Source: an uncultured Acidobacteriota bacterium (GTDB taxonomy: Bacteria > Acidobacteriota > Vicinamibacteria > Fen-336). Taken from it: a stretch of 64,000 nucleotides of DNA. Below, in pieces: positions 57,636-64,000 of this stretch. The first letter of the stretch is position 1. The number at the start of each line of letters is the position of its first letter. The stretch covers positions 2,112,001-2,176,000 of the forward strand of contig OY970399.1 of NCBI GenBank assembly GCA_963720545.1, in the 5' to 3' direction. The notes under the pieces were generated by a model that worked only from the letters and a program-made list of their open reading frames with translations, was not told where the DNA came from and ran no database searches. Position numbers and translations under genes: made by a program.

Positions 57636-58855
57636 GGGTCGCGCTCTTGTCGCGGGCGGCACATCCGCTGCATCCGCCCGGCGGCCTGGAGCGCGCTGTC
57701 TACGACCTCGCACTTCACCTGCAGCGGCGCGGCGTCGAGACGGTGCTGTTCACGCGCCCGGCGGCCGATGCCGACGCAGACCTCGCGAGCGGCGAATTCC
57801 CCGGCGAGGTGCGAACGACTCCCTACGGCCCGCGGCGCGGCCAGACCCACGGCCGGGTGTTCGACCGCGTCCTCTACTACCCGCGTTTCTCGTGGCGGCT
57901 CGGCCAGGACGTGGCGCAGCAGGTGCGCGACGGGCGCATCGACATCGTCCACGCGCAGGGACTGACGGCGCTCGGCTACGGCCAGCTGCGCGCCGCCGAT
58001 CAATCGCTGCGCGCGCCGCTCATCATGAACCCGCAGGGCATGGAAGAGCACAAGACCGTCGGCCTGAAGCGCCTCGCGCTGACGCGCGTGCGCCGGCTGT
58101 CGCGGCAGGCGGCGGCGCTCTCCGACCGCGTGATTGCCACCGACACGGCGACCCATGCCGAGGTCCTGCGCCTGCTCGACGTTCCGGACGCCAAGGTGAG
58201 CGTCATCGAAAACGCCGTCGACCTCGAGCGGCTGCGCGCCGTGACCCCGGAAGAGCCGAAGGCGCACGCGAACACGCGCTTCCCGTTCCTGCAAGGCTCG
58301 TTTCCGGTGTTGCTCTCGGTCGGGCGGATCGAGGCGTACAAGGGCTTCGCCGACGTGCTCGGCGCGCTGACGCTGCTCGAGAGCCGCAAGGCGCTGCCGG
58401 CCCGCTGGGCGTGGGTGCTGGTCGGCGAGGGCACCTTCCGCGCCGATCTCACGCGGCTGTTCGGCGCGTCGCAGCACGTGCACGCGGTGGGCCGGGTCAG
58501 CGACGCGGACCTGCACGCCTTGTACGAACGCGCCGACGTCTTCGTCCACGCGACGCGCTACGAAGGCTCCTCGCTCGTGACACTCGAGGCCATGGCGCAT
58601 GGCGCGGCGGTGGTGGCGACGCGCGCCGGTGGCATCCCCGACAAGATCGAGGACGGCACGAACGGCCGGCTCAGCGACGTTGGCGACGTCGCGGGCCTGG
58701 CCGCCGCGATCGAGTCGCTCATCCAGGACGCGGCGCTGCGCGCGGCCCTCGGCGAGGCCGCGCGGCGCACCGTGGCGGCGCGCTTTTCCTGGGACCACGC
58801 GATTGGCAAGACGCTGCGGCTCTACGAGAGCCTGCTCTCCCAGGGTCCGAGGTGA
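57632..58855 (+). CDS. GT4 glycosyltransferase
   Basis: GGLER, VGRIEAYKG, YEGSSLVTLEAMAHG. Confidence 0.9.
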   Translation: MRVALLSRAAHPLHPPGGLERAVYDLALHLQRRGVETVLFTRPAADADADLASGEFPGEVRTTPYGPRRGQTHGRVFDRVLYYPRFSWRLGQDVAQQVRDGRIDIVHAQGLTALGYGQLRAADQSLRAPLIMNPQGMEEHKTVGLKRLALTRVRRLSRQAAALSDRVIATDTATHAEVLRLLDVPDAKVSVIENAVDLERLRAVTPEEPKAHANTRFPFLQGSFPVLLSVGRIEAYKGFADVLGALTLLESRKALPARWAWVLVGEGTFRADLTRLFGASQHVHAVGRVSDADLHALYERADVFVHATRYEGSSLVTLEAMAHGAAVVATRAGGIPDKIEDGTNGRLSDVGDVAGLAAAIESLIQDAALRAALGEAARRTVAARFSWDHAIGKTLRLYESLLSQGPR

Positions 58856-60798
58856 GGCTGACGCCGCGCACCGCCGCCGCGGCTGCGTTCGCGGCGGTTG
58901 CCTGCGACCTGCTCGTCGCCATCGTCAGCGGCGGCGCCGGCATCTTCATCCCCGGCGCGATGGGGCGCGCCGGCTTCGCGCTGCGCCTTCTGCTCCTCGG
59001 CGCCCTCGGCGCCAGCTTGTGGTTTCGCTCGCGCGCCACCTTGGTGCTTGGCCTGTGCATGCTGCCATCGCTCTACCAGTTCCAGTACGCCGGCGGGCGC
59101 ATCAACGGCGACGGCATCATGTACTACCCGTACGTGCGCTCGTTGTGGAAAGACTTCGACCTCGACTTCACCAACGAGTACGAACACTACGGCCTGCTCG
59201 AGCGCGGCGACCTGCGGGTGCCGACGAAGACCGGGCTGCGCCGTTCGATCTTTTCGATCGGCCCGGCGCTCGTGTGGTCGCCGTTCTTCCTTGCCGGCGA
59301 GGCGGTCGCGCGGGTGCAGGCCACCGGCGGGGCGCCGGTGGACCTTTCCGGCTATGGCCCGCATCACCGCAACGCGGTCGCGCTGGGCAGCTTCGCGCTC
59401 GGCTTCGCGGCGCTGCTCCTGATCCGCGCAACGCTGCAGCGGCACTTCACGGCCGGCATCGCGCTCGGCACGACGGTGCTCGTGTGGGGCGCCACCTTCC
59501 TGCACTGGTACATGGTGCAGCAGCCGACCATGTCGCACGCGCCCTCGGCATTCGCGGCCAGCCTCGTCATCTTCCTATGGGACCGCGACAAGAGTGAGCG
59601 TTCTGGTGCGCGCTGGCTGTGGCTCGGCCTGGCACTCGGCCTCGCCATGTGCATCCGCTGGCAGAACGGCGTGCTGCTGATCCTGCCTGCCATCGACCTC
59701 GCCTCTGCCGCGTGTCGCAAGCAGCGCTCGTGGCAGGAGCTGTGCGCTGCGAGCGTCCTGCTTGTGGCCGGCGTGCTGGTCGCGGCGTTTCCGCAACTGG
59801 CCGCGTGGCACACGCTCTACGGCGAGTGGCTGCTGCGCAACCCGCCGCACGGGCCCGACTTCCTGCGCCTCACGCATCCTTTCTTCTGGGAGACGCTCTT
59901 TTCCTCGCGGCATGGCTTGTTGTCGTGGACGCCCGTCTTCTGGGCCGGCTACCTCGGCATGGCTCTCCTCTTGGGGCAGCGCAACCGCACCGCGGTGGTC
60001 CTGGCCGTGCCCCTCGTTCTGATGACGTACGTCAATTTCTGCTCCGGCGACTGGTGGGCGGGCGGGTCGTTTTCAAACCGCCGCTTCGACAGCCTGCTGC
60101 CGATCCTCGCCTTCGGCATCGCCGCGGCGGCGGCCTTTGCGGTGCGTGCCATCCGGCGCCGGCCGTCCCTTGCGGCGGCGGCCGTGGCGGTCGCGGCCGT
60201 CGCGTGGAACGGCGCGCTGATGGCGCAGGTGCGGCGCGGGCTGGTGCCGCGCGACGACACCGTCTCTTTCGCGAACCTCGCCGGTGGCTCGGCCGAGGCA
60301 GTCGAAGACGCTGTCGGTTTCCCCACGACCTGGCCCGCGAGCTGGCTGTTCGCCGCGCGGCACGATGTCCCGCCCGGCCAGTTCGACGCGGTCGTAGGCA
60401 AGTACATGTTCTACCGCCAGGGCAACCTCGAGGGCCGCGTCGAGGTGGGCGGCGAGGCGCATCGCGGCCTGCTCGACAGCGGCTTCGCGCGGAGCGAAGC
60501 GCGCGACGGCCGCGCCTGCCGCCGCCTGCTACGCGACGGCCGCATCTTTACACCTCTCGATGTTGCCGAAGGGTTCGACGTGGTGCTGAACGTCCACGCC
60601 GAGGCGGCGGGCAGCCTCGCGGTGGCGGTGAACGGCCAGCCCGCCGGCAGCGCCTTGCTCACGCCGGGCTGGAACTCTCCGGCCGTGGCCGCGCCCGCGA
60701 CGCTGTTTCGCGACGGCGTCAACGAGGTCACGCTCGGCAGCGACGCGCAGCAGGCGTGTGTCGCCTCTCTCGAGCTGCGCCGGGTGCAGCCGCGATGA
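58852..60798 (+). CDS. GT-C-like membrane glycosyltransferase with C-terminal soluble domain
   Basis: GDGIMYYPYVRSLWKDFDLDFTNE, SSRHGLLSWTP, WWAGGSFSNRRFD. Confidence 0.72.
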   Translation: MRLTPRTAAAAAFAAVACDLLVAIVSGGAGIFIPGAMGRAGFALRLLLLGALGASLWFRSRATLVLGLCMLPSLYQFQYAGGRINGDGIMYYPYVRSLWKDFDLDFTNEYEHYGLLERGDLRVPTKTGLRRSIFSIGPALVWSPFFLAGEAVARVQATGGAPVDLSGYGPHHRNAVALGSFALGFAALLLIRATLQRHFTAGIALGTTVLVWGATFLHWYMVQQPTMSHAPSAFAASLVIFLWDRDKSERSGARWLWLGLALGLAMCIRWQNGVLLILPAIDLASAACRKQRSWQELCAASVLLVAGVLVAAFPQLAAWHTLYGEWLLRNPPHGPDFLRLTHPFFWETLFSSRHGLLSWTPVFWAGYLGMALLLGQRNRTAVVLAVPLVLMTYVNFCSGDWWAGGSFSNRRFDSLLPILAFGIAAAAAFAVRAIRRRPSLAAAAVAVAAVAWNGALMAQVRRGLVPRDDTVSFANLAGGSAEAVEDAVGFPTTWPASWLFAARHDVPPGQFDAVVGKYMFYRQGNLEGRVEVGGEAHRGLLDSGFARSEARDGRACRRLLRDGRIFTPLDVAEGFDVVLNVHAEAAGSLAVAVNGQPAGSALLTPGWNSPAVAAPATLFRDGVNEVTLGSDAQQACVASLELRRVQPR

Positions 60799-62117
60799 CG
60801 ATGAAGGCGATCGTGATCGGCGCAGGTCCGGCCGGCCTCAAGGCGGCGAACGTGCTGGCGCGCGGCGGCGCCGCGGTGACGCTGCTCGAGGCCAGCGGCG
60901 TGGTCGGCGGACTCGCGAGCTCCTTCGATGCCGGCGGGGTGCGCGTCGAGCGCTACTACCACTTCATCTGCAAAGGGGACAACGACCTCGTCACGACACT
61001 CGGCGAGCTGTCGTTGTCGCATCTGCTTCGCTGGCGCGACTCGCGCATGGCCTACTTCGTGGACGGCGAGCTCTACCCGTTCCTCACCCCCATCGACCTG
61101 CTGCGCTTCAAGCCGCTCGCGCTGCGCGACCGGTTCCGCGCCGGCCTCGCGCTGCAGCGCGGCCAGCGCATGAAGGAGGCGGAGCTGGCACCGCTCTTCG
61201 CCGTCGACTGGCTGAAGAGCAACTTCGGGGCGGCCGCCTACGACGTCATCTGGGACCCGCTCATGAAGTTCAAGTTTGCCGAGCACGCGCCGCGCATCAG
61301 CGCGGCCTGGATCTGGGCGCGCATGGAGCGCCTGTCGCGCTCGCGCACCTCGCCATGGCGCGAGGAACTCGGCTATGTCGAGGGCGGCAGCCGCGTGGTG
61401 CTCGAAGCGCTCGCCCGCGACCTCGAGGCGCGCGGCGGGCGCATCGTCCTGAATGCCGACGTCGAGGCGATCCTCGGCACCCCCGATGCGGCCGACGGCG
61501 CGCGCGTCAACGGCGAGAACCTCGCGGCCGACGTCGTCGTGTCCACCGTGACCACCTCGCGCTTCCTCAAGATGACGCCGTGGCTCGACGGCCCGTACGT
61601 CGAAGGCGTGCGGCGGATTCCGACGATCGGCATCTTCTGCCTGTTCCTGCGGCTCGCGCGCCGCACCACTCCCTTCTTCTGGGTCAACACCAACGACATC
61701 CGGGTGCCGTTCGCCGGCATGATCGAGTACACGAACCTCAACCCGATGCCGGAGCTGGGCGGCGACCACGTCCTGTACGTGCCGCAATATCTCTCCGCCG
61801 ACGATCCGCGCTACGCGCAGACGGACGAGCAGGTGCTGCGCGCCTACACCGACGCGTTGACGCTCATCGATCCCGCCTTCGACCGGCGCCAGGTGCGCTT
61901 CAGCGCCGTGTTTCGTGACCGCTTCGCGCAGCCCATCTGCCTCACCGACTACCGCACCGCGACGCCTGGCATCGACACACCGGTGCCGAACCTCTACCTC
62001 ACGGACTCCTGCCAGCTGCATCCGCACGACCGCTCGATCAGCGGCGCCCTGGGGCTCGGCCGGCAGGCGGCGGAGCACGCACTGGCGCGCCGCGGCGGAG
62101 CGGGCGCGGCGCCATGA
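60795..62117 (+). CDS. FAD-dependent oxidoreductase (amine oxidase/PPOX-like, glycan-cluster type)
   Basis: VIGAGPAGL, VGGLASS, ERYYHF, LGYVEGG, TPVPNLYL. Confidence 0.87.
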   Translation: MTMKAIVIGAGPAGLKAANVLARGGAAVTLLEASGVVGGLASSFDAGGVRVERYYHFICKGDNDLVTTLGELSLSHLLRWRDSRMAYFVDGELYPFLTPIDLLRFKPLALRDRFRAGLALQRGQRMKEAELAPLFAVDWLKSNFGAAAYDVIWDPLMKFKFAEHAPRISAAWIWARMERLSRSRTSPWREELGYVEGGSRVVLEALARDLEARGGRIVLNADVEAILGTPDAADGARVNGENLAADVVVSTVTTSRFLKMTPWLDGPYVEGVRRIPTIGIFCLFLRLARRTTPFFWVNTNDIRVPFAGMIEYTNLNPMPELGGDHVLYVPQYLSADDPRYAQTDEQVLRAYTDALTLIDPAFDRRQVRFSAVFRDRFAQPICLTDYRTATPGIDTPVPNLYLTDSCQLHPHDRSISGALGLGRQAAEHALARRGGAGAAP

Positions 62118-63883
62118 GGCTCTTCGGCCTGCACGATCGCCTCGGCGTGGCGCTGTTGCTGCTGGTGCTGCTGCCGTCGCTGTGGCTTTCGTGGCACGCA
62201 CCGGTGCCGCGCCTCGATGCCGACGCGGTCGAGTACTACGCGCACCTGCGCTCGCTCTACTTCGATCACGACGTCTCGTTCGCCAACGAGTTCGCGCACT
62301 TCGGCATCGACCAGCGCTGGGACAAGCAGAACCCGACCGTCACCGGCTATCGCCGCACCAACTTCTCGGTGGGACCCGCGCTCTTCTGGATGCCGTTCTA
62401 CGCGGCTGCCGATGGGCTCGCGCGCTGGCGCGGCGACGTCCAGGAAGGCTACTCGCCGCTGCACATCCGCGCGGTGTGCCTGGCGAGCCTCTGGTACGCG
62501 GTCCTGGGCCTGATGCTCACCTTCGGCTGGGCGCGGCAGCTGTTCGATGCGAAGGCGGCGTTCTGGACCGCGCTCATCGTCTTCTACGGGACCGCCGTCG
62601 CCTGGTACGCGATCTACGAGGCCACCGTCAGCCACGCCATCAGCTTCGCCATCGCGGCCGTGTGCCTGCGCCTGTGGTGGGACGGGTGCTTTTCCCTGCC
62701 GCCGGCGCGCGCGGTGCTGCTCGGCATCGCGATCGGCCTCGCCGCCGACGTCCGCTGGCAGAACGCCGTCTTCCTGTTGCTGCCCGCATACACGGTGCTG
62801 TCTGGTACGCGGCGCGCTCCGTTCGCCGCATGCAAAAGTGCCGTCCTGGTGGGCGCCGGCTTCTTCCTCGGCGTCCTGCCGCAACTCATCGTGTTCAAGT
62901 CGATCTTCGGCGCGTACCTGCTTGCCTATCCCGTGCAGGGCACCGACTACCTGCGGCTCTCGCACCCGCGCCTCCTGGAGACGTTCTTCTCCTCCCGCCA
63001 CGGCCTCTTCTTCTGGACGCCGGTCCTCTGGCTGTCGTTTCTCGGCATCGCGGCGCTCGCATGGCGCCGGCGCGGCGCCTGGCTGCCGCTCCTCGCCGTA
63101 CTCGCCTTGATGACCTGGGTGAACGCAGCGTCCGCCGACTGGTGGGCGGGCGGGTCGTTTTCCAATCGCCGCTTCGATTCGGTGATGCCGCTCCTGGCCC
63201 TCGGCCTGGCCGCCTGCCTCGAGCAGCTCGTGCGCTGGGCTGCGGCCCATCCGGCGCGCGTCGTCGCGGCTACGGCGGCGCTTGCCTGCGCCTGGAACCT
63301 GCTCTTCATGGAGAACTACCGGCGCGGCGCGGTGCCACGCGACGACACGGTGTCCTTCGCCGCGGTGACCCGGGCCAACGCCGGCCTCTTCGCCAGCTGG
63401 TTCGGCGCGCCTTCGGCCTGGCCGGCGAACTGGCTGTTCGCCGCGCGCACCGGCCTGCCGAGCGCGAAATACGACGAGATGGTTGGCAAGTACCTGTTCT
63501 TCCGCCAGGAGAGCCTCGGCGGCATCGTCGACCTGGGCGAACCGCGAGCCGATCCGGCTCTCGTCGGCGACGGCTTCCTGGAGCCGCAGCGCGAGAACGG
63601 CGTGTCGTGCCGCTGCGTCGATGGCAGCGCGCGCCTGTTCGCTTCGCTCGACCTGCCCGAGGACTTGCGGGTCGCCATCCACGCCAAAGGCAGCGGCCGC
63701 CTGTTCTTCGCGGCGAATGGCCAGGATGCCGGGTCGGTGCCGCTTGGCGACGCGTTCGCGGCGCAGGAACTGGCACTCGGAGCGGCCGCGCTGCGCCCCC
63801 AGCTCAACGAGTTCACGCTGCGCACCAGCGCCGGCGGCAGCGCGTGCGTCGACAAGCTGGTGTTCACGCGCGTGCGCCGGTGA
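62114..63883 (+). CDS. GT-C-like membrane glycosyltransferase (paralog of 58852-60798)
   Basis: ADAVEYYAHLRSLYFDHDVSFANE, SSRHGLFFWTP, WWAGGSFSNRRFD, VPRDDTVSF, VGKYLF. Confidence 0.72.
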   Translation: MRLFGLHDRLGVALLLLVLLPSLWLSWHAPVPRLDADAVEYYAHLRSLYFDHDVSFANEFAHFGIDQRWDKQNPTVTGYRRTNFSVGPALFWMPFYAAADGLARWRGDVQEGYSPLHIRAVCLASLWYAVLGLMLTFGWARQLFDAKAAFWTALIVFYGTAVAWYAIYEATVSHAISFAIAAVCLRLWWDGCFSLPPARAVLLGIAIGLAADVRWQNAVFLLLPAYTVLSGTRRAPFAACKSAVLVGAGFFLGVLPQLIVFKSIFGAYLLAYPVQGTDYLRLSHPRLLETFFSSRHGLFFWTPVLWLSFLGIAALAWRRRGAWLPLLAVLALMTWVNAASADWWAGGSFSNRRFDSVMPLLALGLAACLEQLVRWAAAHPARVVAATAALACAWNLLFMENYRRGAVPRDDTVSFAAVTRANAGLFASWFGAPSAWPANWLFAARTGLPSAKYDEMVGKYLFFRQESLGGIVDLGEPRADPALVGDGFLEPQRENGVSCRCVDGSARLFASLDLPEDLRVAIHAKGSGRLFFAANGQDAGSVPLGDAFAAQELALGAAALRPQLNEFTLRTSAGGSACVDKLVFTRVRR

Positions 63884-64000
63884 AGAGCGAGGAATACGCG
63901 CGCATGTTCGCCGCCGAGGAGCGCCAGTGGTGGTATGCCGGCATGCGCGAGATCGCGTTCGCGCTGCTGCGCTCGGCGCAATTCGCACCCGACGTGAACG
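63880..64000 (+). CDS. Probable class I SAM methyltransferase, N-terminal fragment (truncated by window)
   Basis: GTGA overlap; MKSEEYARMFAAEERQWWYAGMR, typical N-terminus of glycan-cluster methyltransferases. Confidence 0.6.
   Translation, partial: MKSEEYARMFAAEERQWWYAGMREIAFALLRSAQFAPDVN

Overview
GC-rich (roughly 70% by eye) bacterial chromosomal window. The G-rich TonB linkers, tonB-exbB-exbD-exbD cluster and HEAT-cyclophilin fusion suggest Acidobacteriota, possibly Vicinamibacteria (inference only). Left third (1-21 kb) is housekeeping and envelope: polA (truncated by the window edge), pepA, ZIP transporter, TPR lipoprotein, YCII/DGPF gene, tgt-yajC-secD-secF-tonB-tonB-exbB-exbD-exbD, HAD phosphatase, HEAT-PPIase and ychF. 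From 21 kb to the end is a large, tightly coupled surface-glycan region: 3 GT2, 6 GT4, 1 GT9, 6 GT-C-like polytopic membrane proteins, Wzx, two NeuB synthases, two cytidylyltransferases (one fused to PseG/SpsG), methyltransferases, GNAT and deacetylase. It is interrupted by malic enzyme, sodC, dinB and a FabZ-like gene. The most striking element missing from the ORF track is a self-contained transcription unit at 15.07-15.50 kb: a consensus sigma70 promoter, two near-identical 17-aa Lys/Ala micro-ORFs (MAAKKKAAKKKATKKKK/R), each behind a structured leader with a conserved SD-overlapping GNRA hairpin, and a terminator. Also notable are an inverted repeat family with tandem variable-loop hairpins around the YCII gene, divergent NeuB and NeuA active sites, and widespread leaderless-type starts. 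No tRNA, rRNA, CRISPR-Cas or transposase was recognised.
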